A DNA stretch of 64,000 nucleotides from Octopus sinensis (lineage: Eukaryota): assembly GCF_006345805.1 (NCBI RefSeq), contig NC_043024.1:17112001-17176000 (forward strand), in the 5' to 3' direction. Of this stretch, positions 13,061-26,337 are shown piece by piece. Under the pieces are notes generated by a model, which made no database searches, was not told where the DNA came from, and saw only the letters and a list, made by a program, of their open reading frames with translations. Position 1 is the first letter of the stretch, and each line of letters begins with the position of its first letter. Both the position numbers and the translations under genes were made by a program.

Positions 13061-15749
13061 TGTGACACATGCTATTAATTCAATCTGTTACATTTTTATT
13101 TTTGTGAAACCATTTTTGTTTTGAAAAACAAAAGTTAAAAAGAAAAAAAAGAGAACATTTTTGGTGATATAAATTTATATTTCTTTACTTGGCTGGTTTT
13201 TATTGAAGTTGTTCAATATTTTCATTGATTTCTGTTTTTATTTTCGTTTTTTTTTTGTTGACTGGAAACAGTTCCCTAACCCTGCTCCGCTCTCCCTTGA
13301 CTGTTTCCCCAACCCTCCCTACACCCTTACTCCCATCCCCACCATCTGCCTAATCTATATTCATTATTGATTTGTTATGAAAATAGAAAATAAGCATAAT
13401 CGATCTGGTTCGATCTGATTCGATCTGATTGCATGTGATCAGATTTGTCATGAAGGTCTTGGTTAACATCGGCACTTCTCTCAGCTAATTTCAGATGATG
13501 GTCAGAGGCAGGTGCGAGGGAGTGCAGGTGTGGGGGAACGGTAGCGTGGGGTGCCAGTGTTTGTGTCCAGCCATGTCCTTTGTTTCATTAGTGAAACTAA
13601 TTGCTTCTCACATCTCTCAGGAGGTCATACCCCTTTGGATTATGGACTTAATCTGCCACAAGGCTTTAATCTTCCCACCTGGCTTTAATCGCCATAGTAC
13701 CTTAGGTCTCTCAAATGGACACCACCCTGGTGCAGATATTCTGACCTGGTCTCCATGTTTGACAATACCTTCCTCCCCACTTCCCTCCTCCACCATTCTT
13801 CTACGGCGTAATAAAGGGTTTAAGAGCACTGCCCTTCCTTCCTGACTAAAAGATTAAAGAAAAAAGTTGTGGACAGAGAGGTGGGGGTCGTAAAATGGCC
13901 CAAATTGTTGCTATGGTTGTAGCTTAACCCCAGATTAGTTCTTGTCCATGATCAAAGATTCTCCAGCTGTGACCACCCTCTCTCTTTTCCTTTCTTTTCT
14001 TTTTTCATTAGGGATTGTCTGACATAGTGTATATACAGCTGGGCTATATTATGCATTGGGTTCTTTTCAGATGGTAGGGTGTGATTTGAGGGAGATTTTG
14101 TTGTTATTTCTAGAAAGAAGAATGAACACACAGCTGCCCTATGTTGGTTTGTTCAGGTAGGAGTTTGTGGTTGGGGTATTACAGAAGCAGGGGTGAAGAG
14201 GTGAAATTAGTTTCAGAGAGAGTTAAAGCACAAAACTTCAATGTAGTAATTTAAGAGAAATTTGATTGCTATTTTTAGCAGTTTCATGTGACCCCTTCCC
14301 CCATAGAGGCTCCTTTGATCTTTGAGAAACCTTTAACCCCATTGACCTTCGAGAATCCCTCTCTACTCTAGCCACCCTGAGAAAGTCAAGGCAATAATGT
14401 TACAACATGATCCTTTGTGTGAAAGTTCCTGAAGGAAGCAGTCGTGGGGGCGGGTGAAGGATAGAGTACAGTGGAGAAATGGATTCAGTGACAGTTTGGG
14501 GAAGATCCTGGGTCGAGGTTGTTTTGGAAATTCATTGGAAACAAGGTTGCATTGAATTTAATTAATAAGAAACCATGGACCTCCCTTCTCCCTTTCTGTC
14601 TCAGTCATTTATAAATCCTCACTTCTAGATCTACACTTATGCTCTCTCTCTCTCTCCCCTGCTTTCTTTCACTCTCTCTATCCCCCTTAACAATGAGGTT
14701 GACACAAAAAGTAAAACAAAAAAAAAGTGAAAGAGTAAAACTAAAACTAAAGCAAAAAAGCAAAAAAATAAATGAATGAAAACGTTTCATTTACATTATT
14801 TCATAAAAACTATCCAACAACTAGTCATATAAAATTGACATACAGTGTCATCTCTACATCACACTGATGATGATGACCACCACCACCAGATTTGTCACCA
14901 CCTCCACCACCATCACAACAGTCACCAACATCACCACTGTCACCAACATCCACCACCTCCACCACCACTATCACCACCACCACCCACCACAACCATCACC
15001 ACCCACCACCACCATCACCACCACCACCGCCACCATCACCAGTATATTATCAATATATCCCTCTACACTCTCACATATCAAATATAGGTTGTATTGATTA
15101 CTTCTTAGTGTTCCTGTCTCTTAATTGTAATCCCTCCAATATCTCCTCATATCTTTCGATATCTTTTCATATCTTTCGATATCACAACATATCAATAGTG
15201 ATGTAATCAGTGTGATAAACCTTAAACCTGCTCCGTTGGATAATTTCTGGTGTTTTTGCGATGTCCAGAATGTGGTGGCGTGTTGAGAAAGATAAAGTGT
15301 GTGTGGTGATGGCGATGATGGTGATGGCTGGTTTTCATCACTATTATCATCACAATCATCATTCTCATTGTTTCCTTCATCATAACTAATCACCCAACAC
15401 CAACATCCTTCTTCCTCTTCTCTCTCCTCTTCTGCTTTCCCTTCTTCCTCCTCCACTTCTCTCTCCTTCCCTTCTTCCTCCTCCTCTTCTCTCTCTTCTA
15501 TTCCCCATCCCTCCTCCTCTTCTATCCCTTCCCTCATCTTCTTCCTCCACTTCTCTCTCCCCTCCTCTTCATAACCACCACCACCACCACCACCATCATT
15601 ATTATCATCATTGACACACCATCATCATCATCATCATCATTATCATTGCAATCTTCATCAACTTGCTTAAAATAGTAGCCAAATGTCCCTCAGATCACAG
15701 TTACCATCTTAATTACAAAAGGACTGATTGAATTATATAGTCCTACACA

Positions 15750-16180
15750 GCTTTAAGCCTTTTACATTTAAGCTGGCCATACCCAGCCCAAATACTTTGT
15801 TTCATGTTCAAATTAACCAGATCTAGCCTCTCACACCTACCTTACAATGCCATTCTATTAATTAACAATCACATAATTGAAATCTTGAAGCCCCAGGATA
15901 ATACATGATTAATTCAAAACAATGTGAATAAATAAGAATTATATTTGACAGAATAATTTGAACACCGAGGGATTAAAACAGCCTGGCTGAAATAATCTAC
16001 TTGTTTTATGTTCAGACAAGCCAGATCCAGCCTCTCACACCAACCCTATAATGCCATTCTATTAATTAACAATCACATCATTGAAATCTTGAAGCTCCAA
16101 GATAATGCATGATTAATTCAAGACAATGGGAATAAATAAGCATTGGATTTGACAGGGTAATCTAAATGCTGGGTTAAAAA
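15750..16180 (+). mobile_element. Two tandem ~200-bp non-autonomous DNA elements, piggyBac-like ends
   Basis: The block CCAGATC(T/C)AGCCTCTCACACC...ATTCTATTAATTAACAATCACAT...GATTAATTCAA occurs twice. Ends are degenerate versions of GGGTTAA (GGGATTAA ~15970, GGGTTAA ~16170). Confidence 0.55.
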
Positions 16181-16331
16181 GACAGAATGGTCATAGCTGG
16201 AATGTCTGAGATCAGTTATATCTAGCCTCCTCTTTGCTACCCATGTGCTTCATATGGTCCACAGATATGCCATGAGTTTTCTGAGGTCAGTTACCAAAGG
16301 AGAGGCTATTGCAGTGTTTATATTGCATTAT

Positions 16332-16636
16332 GTGGAGGCGCAATGGGCCAGTGGTTAAGGCAACGGACTCACGGTTGTAGGATCGCGGTTTCGATTCCCA
16401 GACCGGGCGTTGTGAGTGTTTATTGAGCGAAAACACCTAAAAGCTCCACGAGGCTCCGGCAGGGGGTGGTGATCCCTGCTGTACTCTTTCGCCACTCTTT
16501 CTCACGCTCTTTTCTCTGTTGGCCTGCTTGCTTAGCCAGCAGGGTGGCGTCATTCAAAGGCTAAAACAATGCAAACACATTGTGACCAGCGATGTGTAAC
16601 TACATCTGACGGACTGGTCGGTCACGTGATCACGTG
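16332..16636 (+). mobile_element. tRNA-derived SINE family S3 with 12-bp TSD
   Basis: tRNA-like head GGAGGCGCAATGGGCCAGTGGTTAAGG...GGTTTCGATTCCC; tail GGTCACGTGATCACGTG; ATATTGCATTAT duplicated at 16320-16331 and 16637-16648. Confidence 0.9.
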
Positions 16637-16669
16637 ATATTGCATTATATCAGTGCATGTGTTTTCTTG

Positions 16670-16850
16670 CTGCAACAGATGTCACAGATGCAACAGATGT
16701 CACAAATGCTACAGATACAGCAGATGTCACAGATGCAATAGATGTCACAGATACCACAGCTGCAACAGATGTCACAAATGCCACAGCTGCAACAGATGCC
16801 ACAAATATCACAAATGTAACAGATGTCACAGGTGCAACAGATGCACCCAT
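16670..16850. repeat. 9/18-bp minisatellite (GATGTCACA GATGCAACA)
   Basis: About 20 nine-base units read directly. Confidence 0.9.
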
Positions 16851-17810
16851 TTCAGCTTTGAAAATAGTTTTAACTACTATTCTTTTCCTTGTTTCAGTCA
16901 TTAGACTGCAATGATGCTGGTGCACTGCCTGGAAGAATTTTTAATTGAACAAGCCTGGTACTTCATCTATTGGTCTCTTTTTGCTACGAACCACTAAGTT
17001 ACAGGGATGTAAACAAACCAGCACCAGCTGTCAAGTGGTGGTGGGGGATAAACACAAAGACACACACACATATATCAGGCACGTGCCACCAGTAATTACT
17101 CAGGGTAGGCATCTGGTGACCTTTATGTAGTAAAATACACAAAAAAATATGACTCTGTTGAAGGCAGATTTATTTCTGCCTTTATAGCATGTAAAGAAAT
17201 GATGCTGTAGAAATATACGCAGCACATGTACTGCAGCAGTCCTGTGTATAGCTTAAATACTGAGATTGAAAGGCAGGGGTGAATTATGCCTACCTAATCT
17301 ACAAAAAAATTAGGTATTTTGTATTTTATGCATAATAATCAGACTAACCTTCATAATTTTATTGAATGTGGAGCATATTTTGCCATAAAAGGAAAATGTT
17401 GCTATCAGTCTATTTTGTTCAAGGTAGGCACTGCCAGCCTTGCCTACCCAGGCAGTATGTCCCTGATATATACGATGGACTTCTTTCAGTTTCTGTCTAC
17501 CAAATCCACTCACAAGGCTTTGGTCGGCTTAAGGCTACAGTAGAAGACACTTGCCCAAGGTGTCACACAGGCTGAACCCAGAACTATGTGGTCAGGAAGC
17601 AAGCTTCTTATCACACAGCCTTGGTGTTTTAATATTTAATATTTAGTGTTGTATTCTGGATGCAATAGATCATGAAGGGTTGAAAAGTGCTGCCTTGATT
17701 CATAAGTTTACAGGTTTACAGGATGAAAGCTGACCTAGGGTTAAATATCAAAGATAGCAACAACAACAAGATAACTCTGTATATAAGTGAATTTGACAAA
17801 GGCTTGTTAA

Positions 17811-18030
17811 CCCTTTTGTTACTGTATTTATTTTGAGATGCTCTGTGTTTCTTTCAGTTACTTTAAATATAACAAAGAATTTAGTAAAATAACTTGGTTG
17901 TCATTCAGTTAGTTTTAGGAACATAAATTGTGACTAAGGTTTGGTGGAAGATTTTAATTCAAAACTTTTGAAAACAACACATTTGTTCTCACAGTCAGAG
18001 CCAGTTTCAGTCGGGTTGGTAACGAAAGGG
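17811..18030. mobile_element. piggyBac-type MITE
   Basis: TTAA at 17807-17810 and 18031-18034; terminal inverted repeats CCCTTTTGTTACT / GGTAACGAAAGGG. Confidence 0.85.
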
Positions 18031-19161
18031 TTAAAATTGATGGAAATTGTTTTTAGTCTTTATCACTTATATTTCTTGTTAATCCAACTTTAACCATCCC
18101 ATCTTTTATACAGATAAAATGCATCTCAAATCATTTATCCAAAGTCCTATCCAGGCTATTTTGTTTTTATTTAAATAAACAAAAAATTGGAGTGTAATTT
18201 GAGGAAGATTTGGCTGTTGTTTCTTGCACCTTGGGTGACCTTGTAGAAACCCTTCTCATTGGTTCATAGTCAAAGATGTTTATTTCAGTATTGGCTATCC
18301 TATATTTTATTCAGACATGGTGAATTTTAGATTGTATTATCCAATGTCACATACTGCTTTCTTTATAAAAACACAGTAGGTGCCTGATTTGAGAAAGATT
18401 TCACTGCTATTACTAGCATGCTAAATAACTATGTACAAAGCCCGATATTGTTGTTTTGTCAATAGACCAGTTTTATTGAGCAGTAAAACCTCGCTAATTA
18501 CAGAGATTCAATCATTTATGACTGATTAAGATCTGTTTTACTACGGTTCAATACACTCTGTTATGGCCTTGTGGTTTGTGCCAACTCTTATATTTCCCCC
18601 TCCCCCCCTGCCCATGTCTTGTTTACCTGGTTCTCACATCCTCTCCTTCAGCTACTAATGTACCCCCACCACGTCTGAAACACTACCCCCCATTGCTTTT
18701 TAAATTTCTTCTAGTAAACAAACATTACATTATATATATATACATGTGTGTATGTATGTGTGTATATATATGCATCTGTTTGTATGTGTGTGTGTTTGCG
18801 TGTGTATATGGGTATGTATCTCTGTTTGTCATATGTCTGCGTATGTGTGTGGTTGTCCACACATATATATGTTTGTACATATATAATTCTATTTTCTTTT
18901 ATGATCAGTCTTCTGTGAAGAGAGCTATAACATTTCCATGTCATAGCATCTTCTGCACAAAATAGTATCAGCTGTTCACAAGTCCTCACTAAGTGGTGAG
19001 CACCATCTACACTTTACCATATCGGATGGCTGTTGACTCTCCTCAGTTCTTCAGCCTTTGATGAGACTTCCCAACTGGGTTACATATTAGCAGTAGCATA
19101 AGACAGACCTGACATATTTAAATAGATGTATGCATATATATATATAATATATATATATATA

Positions 19162-19234
<73 letters not shown>

Positions 19235-19324
19235 AATATTTATGTGTTTTCATGTTTGGATTAACTATATATATGCACACACACATATATATATATATGT
19301 GTGTGTGTATGTATATCATCATCA

Positions 19325-19850
19325 TCATCATCATCATTTAACGTCCGTTTTCCATGCTAGCATGGGTTGGACGATTTGACTGAGGTCTAGCAAACCAGAT
19401 GGCTGCACCAGGCTCCAGTCTTGATCTGGCAGATTTCTACAGCTGGATGCCTTTCCTAACGCCAACCACTCCGAGAGTGTAGTGGGTGCTTTTGACGTGC
19501 CACCTGCACGGGGGCCAGTCAGGTGGTATTGGCAATGACCTCACTCAAATCTTTTTACAGGTGCCACCGACACAGGTGCCAGTGAAGCGATGTTGGTAAC
19601 GATCATGCTCGAATGGTGCCCTTTTATGTGCCACGGGTACGGAAGCCAGTTGGCTGCTCTGGCAACGATCATAACGATCACACTCGGATGGTGCTCTTGA
19701 CACCCTACTAGCACAGGCATAAGTGCCAGTAAGGTGATGCTGGTAACGATCATACTCGAATAGCCGCTCTGTCAACGATCACACTCGTATGGTGCTCTTT
19801 GCACCCTGCTAGCACGGATGCCAGTCATCGAAATGATTTTGATTTTGATC
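19325..19850 (-). mobile_element. (GAT)n-tailed retroposon with internal ~55-bp tandem modules
   Basis: Reverse complement of the 3' end seen at 1520-1680; repeated GGTAACGATCAT.CTCGAAT modules. Confidence 0.7.
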
Positions 19851-19904
<54 letters not shown>

Positions 19905-19907
19905 CAA

Positions 19908-19962
<55 letters not shown>

Positions 19963-20589
19963 CATATACATATGAGTACCAGTTGAATACTGGGGTCAGT
20001 ATACTTGACTAGTGACCTCCCAACAAATTTCAGGCCTTGTGCCTATAATAAAAAGGATTATTGTTGTTGAGTCTGCATTGCTCTGGGTGTATTTCTTTTC
20101 CTTCCTTTCTGCCTTCTGTATGTGCATACATTTGCATGCATATGTGCATGGTTCTGAGTGTGTACAAATGTATGGCTATGTCTACGTAAACATGTTTGAG
20201 AGGGTGTCACATCCGACACCTTCTTTGCATGTACCATTTCTATCTCCTATTTACTCCATCTTATGGCTTAGCACTCTGTCACCATTCATATTGTGGTTAA
20301 TTTGCATAACAGGGATTATATTAGCACAAACTTAACACTGTATTTCATATTTTTTAATGAGAACACTGATGAGGTGAATTGACGAGATTATGCAATTTGG
20401 CCGAATGCTTGTGTAATTTTGTCAGTCGATTTACTGAAAGACGTATATGTTTTATAAAGCATGGAACACCAGTTATGTTTGCTGTAGATTTATATTAATA
20501 CTATATATCTGTGTACATACATGTATGTATATCTAGTTGATTTAAGTTAATTGCATACACATATTCACTTTTACATATGGTAGATTTCA

Positions 20590-20970
20590 GATAATTATAC
20601 ACACACACACACACATGCACACACACACATGCACATACACACACATACACATATGCATGCACACATACACACATGCATGCACATACACACACATGTGCAA
20701 CACATGTATGCATATACATACACACATACACGTGCACACACATTCATGCACACACACAAACACATGCACATACATATGCACATAGACACACACATGCAAA
20801 TACACACACATGTGCAACACATGCATGTACATGCATGCACACATACACATGCATGCACACACATTCATGCACATGCATGCACACACAAACACACACATGC
20901 ACATACATATGCACAAACACACACATACATGCACATACACACACATGCATGCACATGCACACACATCCAC
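20590..20970. repeat. (CA)/(CATG) degenerate microsatellite
   Basis: Direct reading. Confidence 0.9.
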
Positions 20971-21971
20971 TGTTCATCTCATTTAATTGTATACCCGGCT
21001 ACTGTATAATTTGGATAATTGCAAGACTTTCCAAAACACCATTTAACATCAAATTTATACAAAATTGATTGGTTAATTGTTTATGCAAATATATTAAATT
21101 TCAGTTAAGTGCAGATTTCTTTTTCTTTTTTGTTTTGTTCCGATTCCAATTAAAAAAAAATTGTACAGTGGAGCATAAAATTTGACATGTATTTGATTTG
21201 ATATCAAATAAACTGAAGAACCTTCTGTTTTCGGATGAGTTAAAATGACAGTAGGCAGTAATATTTTATGTTTACAAACAACCAATATCAAAAGAATCAA
21301 ATGTATTCATGTTATTCTTACCATTTCAAAGCATTAAAGATTATCTAAAACTCAGGTTCCAGTCTGGTTTTGTCTTTTATTACTTTCATTTGTTCAATGA
21401 AATTCCTCAACAAATAAAATTTCATAGCAGCTAGAATTTCTAAAAAGTCAGTTTTCAATTATATGGTGAATGAATACTATTTTCTTGTATATATATTAGT
21501 GACAGGAAGTATTAATACAAAAGGTAATATTTATTCCCACTTAAAAATAGTTGTTCTGTTAGAACAAACTATACTGCTGTGGTTTCCACAAGAGAAACTC
21601 TCATACTGGCTTTTGATGCAAAATGCATTCTTGTTTGTATTGCTAGCAGGGAGATAAATCCTCGCCACCTCCAGCACCAAGACCACCAGGTCACATGATT
21701 TCAACCTTCTTTGGTCCTGTCAATGATGGACACTCAGTTGCTTGGGATAGCAGCAATTCTTCACCCCACCAGCAATGTATAGATTGACAGTGCCTGTTCT
21801 GGCACTGCCAATCTATATCATTAGCTTTATTCAACTTTTATATTATTCTATACACATTTACACAAATTTGAAACAAAATGTACATATATATACACAAATA
21901 TACATACATATAAATATATATATATTTATATACATACATACATACATACATGCATAATTATATTATGTATG

Positions 21972-22044
<73 letters not shown>

Positions 22045-22171
22045 AGTTGCTAGAACTCTTCCAGGTGGGAGACTTTGCATTTTGATATTTTGTTGAGACA
22101 TTGCAAAACTAATAACTTTATGTAAAACTTGATATACACATGCTTCAGAATGAAGTGTTAGTCGAGTACAG

Positions 22172-22500
22172 ATTGGTAATAAGGAAATAACATGACAAAA
22201 GCATAAACAATCATCTTATGAACTTCAGTAGCTTACAACTGTTTCTACTATAAGATGTAGTGCACTGATAGTTGAGTGCTTGAGTAATGCCTTATTGCTT
22301 CATCAGAGCCTTGAATATGAAATCCAGTTTATTTGGGATAAGAATTGCATGATGAAGCTATAAAGTGTTACTTAGTCACTCAACAATGTGTCCACTGCAT
22401 CTGATAGCAGAAACGGCTGTGAGCCAATGAAGTTCATAAGATAATCGTTTATACATTTGCCATATCATTTGCCATATATATATATGATACCTTATTACAA
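22172..22500. mobile_element. Fold-back element carrying a divergent pair of long-stem-II hammerheads
   Basis: Imperfect ~140-bp inverted arms. Minus arm 22229-22310: GGCU CUGAUGA A GCAAUAAG...CUUAUAGU A GAAA C AGUU G UA AGCU. Plus arm 22345-22425 is the decayed mirror. Confidence 0.7.
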
Positions 22501-23424
22501 ACATTCAGAATCTGCATAAAAGCTTCAGTTAACTGCTGTCATACAAAGAAGTTTAATTAACTTAATTAATTCCACACACCTCTATGTTGGTGTAGTTAAT
22601 GTATATATATGTACATGCACATGTGTGTGTGTGTCTGTGTGTGTATACATACACACATGTATACAGATACACACATTATGTCTAACTAAGTAACTAATTA
22701 TGCCAGGAACTTACTCAGTCAGTCCATCAGATGAGCAAGCCATTAGACAAGTCTTCAGGTACCAGTCAAATATTATTCTACAATAAATATGACTCTACCA
22801 TTACCATTGAGTACTGTTGCCCAACCCAACTTCATTAGTAAATGTTCTGTTGTTATCCATAAAGTTCATGAAAAAAATAACAGACCCAAACCAGCAACGA
22901 CACACACATACATACACACACTCCCATGCACTAAAGTGTGTGGGAGTGTCTGCCTTCATTTTACTGAACTTACAACCATGTTTTCATGCTTCCTTGGTTG
23001 TAATAATTTATTTATTACAACAATTATTTTTACACTTGACTGAATTTTCTTTTGCTTACCATGGAAGCATGAATCAAGGTGTGGTGACTATTTTTGTCCT
23101 GAAGTCAGGTAAACTGAAGCAGACAGATGATTATGTTTCTTCTTCTAGGACCAAATACTTTGTTTGTTTTAGCAAGGCTTGGACACTTTAGACATCACAC
23201 ATGTAGAATTATTTATATGACATAGTCAATGGGTAGGTGGAAAGGCTTGTGTTGTGACCATGTCTCCGGAAGAATGTAAGAAGAGAAGATATTTTCAGTT
23301 TAGAGATCAAACCTGACAGACACAATGGTCTCTGCTAAAGGCATCAACGTTGCAGATCCATTGGCTGACAAAGCTCACCAACTATAGCTCAGTACAGTTT
23401 CATGTGAAATACACAGAGTGTAAA

Positions 23425-23476
<52 letters not shown>

Positions 23477-23669
23477 GTCTCTTACGATTCCATTCTACCA
23501 AATCTCATTAGTTGGGCCAAAGTTATAGAGAAGGACAATTTCACAAGATGGAATGGAGAACGTGAAGTAGATGTCTTAACCACAAACCCATACCTGCACC
23601 TGTATGTGTATATATATGTGTGTGAGTTTGTGTATATATTCGTGTGTGCATGCATGCGTGTGTGTGTGT

Positions 23670-24080
23670 TATTCTTTTACTTGTTTCAGTTATTTAACTG
23701 CGGCCATGCTGGAGCACTACCTTTAGTCAAGGAAATTGACCCCTGGACTTATTCTTTGTAAGCCTAGTACTTATTCTATTGGTCTCTTTTGCCAAACCAT
23801 TAAGTTACGGGGATGTAAACGCACCAGCATTGGTTGTCAAGCAAGGGGGGAGACAAACACAGACATACAAACATATATATATGCACATACATACATATAT
23901 ACATATACATTCATACATATGTATATATATATATATATATACGACAGTTTCTGTCTAACAAATCTACCCAAGGCTTTGGTCGGCTCAAGGCTATAGAAGA
24001 AGAAACTCGCCCAAGTTGCCATGCAGTGGGACTGAATCCAGAACCATGTGGTTGGTAAGCAAGCTACTTACCACACAGCC
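23670..24080 (-). mobile_element. SINE family S1, full length
   Basis: Matches the S1 consensus on the minus strand. Confidence 0.8.
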
Positions 24081-24330
24081 ACAATAGTCTGTGTACCATT
24101 TTTTCACAAAATATTATTGACAGTAACTTTGAAGTTTTGATCAGCTAAGCCATTGTTAGATTGTCCAATGACAGCTTAGTTGGTCAAAACCTCACCTCCA
24201 ACATCACTATAATTTATATTTACTTTCCATGCTGGTTGCATGAATGGACAAGTTTTGTCACAATCCAAGTCAGTTCTTAAATAACTAATGAGAACATAAC
24301 CAACACCAATCATACAATGGTAGAATTTGT

Positions 24331-24735
24331 AAAACTTGTTCATTAGATAGGATTTGTTTGACAAAGGTGATAGTGTTTAATGCTAGATTAGAAACCAATA
24401 GTTTCAGTAAACCAAAATTATATATTGGGGCAACTGAATTGTCATTCAAAACTCGATATTATAAGCATAAACATCCATTTGACATCCCTGATAAAAATGT
24501 GCTACAGCTTTGTCAAAATTTATATGGTTCTTATATGAAACAAATTCGAAATTATTTGATTTGTTATGTAGAAAGTACAATCCTAAGGGAATGATAATTT
24601 CAAATTTAAAATACAGACAAATACTTGTTCAAGGGAAAAATAAAAATTTAGTTCTATGACAGAAATGGTTTGAATGAAAGAATAGAATTATTAACACCTT
24701 GCCTTCATGAAACTAGATGTCTTTTGTATAGGTAC
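24331..24735 (+). pseudogene. Penelope-like retroelement GIY-YIG endonuclease C-terminal relic
   Basis: KTCSLDRICLTKVIVFNARLETNSFSKPKLYIGATELSFKTRYYKHKHPF, frameshift, KCATALSKFIW..., then LNERIELLTPCLHETRCLL. Matches the PLE pattern CPLDGKCL..VIYKA..YIG.T...FK.RY..H..SF...TALSKFIW...LNKR.EL...CRH. Confidence 0.85.
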
Positions 24736-25202
24736 TTGCCTCTTTGATTGTTGATCTGGTTTAGGGAAAAGGCATTTCTTTTAAAGCTGCAATTATCTAT
24801 AAACACTTGTTCAAGCACCAGAATTTCCTTTTTTTAAGAATAGTTTTAGAGTGATCTCCTTTGTATGGGGTTAGACTCTGCATGAAACAAATAAAAATGT
24901 AAAGACTTAGATAATGCTCACATTCCCACAAAACACAGATGGATATGGAATACAGGATTGTGAAACAGCCATTTTAATAAAACCTAAATCACATGATTTA
25001 CCTTAACGAATACTTTCTAAAAAAGTATGCTAGTTCCCTGCCAGGGGGAGCATCAACAAATATGACACTGGTATTATTTGTTGTCCTACCATGAGTTGAC
25101 CTCAGCTATCTTTTTCCTGCTCCTTTCTGTACTGTTCCAGGATTGACTCCTATCGCCTCTAAACACCCCACTCACATGACTTTTTATAAAAGTATTAAGA
25201 TA

Positions 25203-25586
25203 GGCGCAGGAGTGGCTGTGTGGTAAGTAACTTGCTAACCAACCACATGATTCCGGGTTCAGTCCCACTGCGTGGCATCTTGGGCAAGTGTCTTCTGCTA
25301 TAGCCCCGGGCCGACCAATGCCTTGTGAGTGGATTTGGTAGACGGAAACTGAAAGAAGCCTGTCGTATATATGTATATGTGTGTCTGTCTTTGTCCCCCT
25401 AGCATTGCTTGACAACCGATGCTGATGTGTTTATGTCCCCGTTACTTAGCGGTTCGGCAAAAGAGACCGATAGAATAAGTACTGGGCTTACAAAAGAATA
25501 AGTCCCGGGGTCGAGTTTCTCGATTAAAGGCGGTGCTCCAGCATGGTCACAGTCAAATGACTGAAACAAGTAAAAGAGTAAAAGAG
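25203..25586 (+). mobile_element. SINE family S1, young full-length copy
   Basis: CpG-rich, intact A/B-box-like motifs, CORE-like CATCTTGGGCAAGTGTC, tail AAAAGAGTAAAAGAG. Other copies near 26350(-), 43755, 46462(-), 51530, 58692 and 61390(-). Confidence 0.9.
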
Positions 25587-26296
25587 TATATATTCAACTG
25601 GTCTCATTTGTCTCCAGCAGTCTGTGTTGCCATGTCCAGGCTTTTTATTTTTCACATCAATACACCGCTTAATTCCAGATCTGAAATTTTTAGCAGGTGT
25701 AAACACATGAACAGGTTTCTCTTATTGAATTGGGGGGTACCAACTGCTCTGGATTGAGTTGTTGTCTCATAGACTTTGACATTTATTTTGTTCTATACCA
25801 TTTCAATTCAATGAGTTTTCTGCAATCATGGAACGGGGAGGAGGATCTTAGTTTTCTTCATTTCATTTCCATTTTTTGTTGTCCCATTTTTTGCACCAAC
25901 TTTCTTCATGTTTTTCCCACATCTTTTCTTATTTTCTTTTTGCCCAACTTCCTTGTTTTTAAAATACATAAACAAAGCCTGAAAGATTGCTTTAAGCTAC
26001 ATGGCATATTTTATAAATATATCTGCCCAAGTATCATAAAAGCATGAAACTATTAGTAGCTCTATTTGTTGTGTATTTAAATTGATATATATGTTTGTGT
26101 GTGTTCAACCGTTAATCTCTACATATTTTTTTCTCTCTCCATTTTTATTCATTCTCTTGCCACTTTTTTTTCTTCTTAATCCTTTCTATTGAAGAGCAGA
26201 AGATCAAAACATAAAAGACTTTTCTATTCTTCCCTGCTCATTGTTCCTATACCTGTCTTTGTCTTTTATTTTTTGTAAATTTGAACTATGTATATG

Positions 26297-26337
<41 letters not shown>

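Noticed and set aside
13495-13845. 116-aa ORF and an ankyrin-like GHTPLDY in another frame
   Set aside because: The motif frame stops after about 20 codons and there is no further similarity.
16334-16410. tRNA gene
   Set aside because: The tRNA-like head continues into a SINE body and is flanked by a 12-bp TSD; acceptor stem pairing is poor.
16650-16925. TDVTDA / CHRCNR repeat proteins
   Set aside because: A 9/18-bp minisatellite open in several frames on both strands, with no splice or codon-bias support.
20362-20420. CUGAUGA-GG...CC-GAAU motif
   Set aside because: A15.1 and the cleavage site are lost and stem I is poor; at best a very old relic.
26180-26222. TTGAAGAGCAGAAGATCAAAAC, resembling the 40.9-kb motif
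   Set aside because: Core and stem II cannot both be satisfied and G12 is absent.
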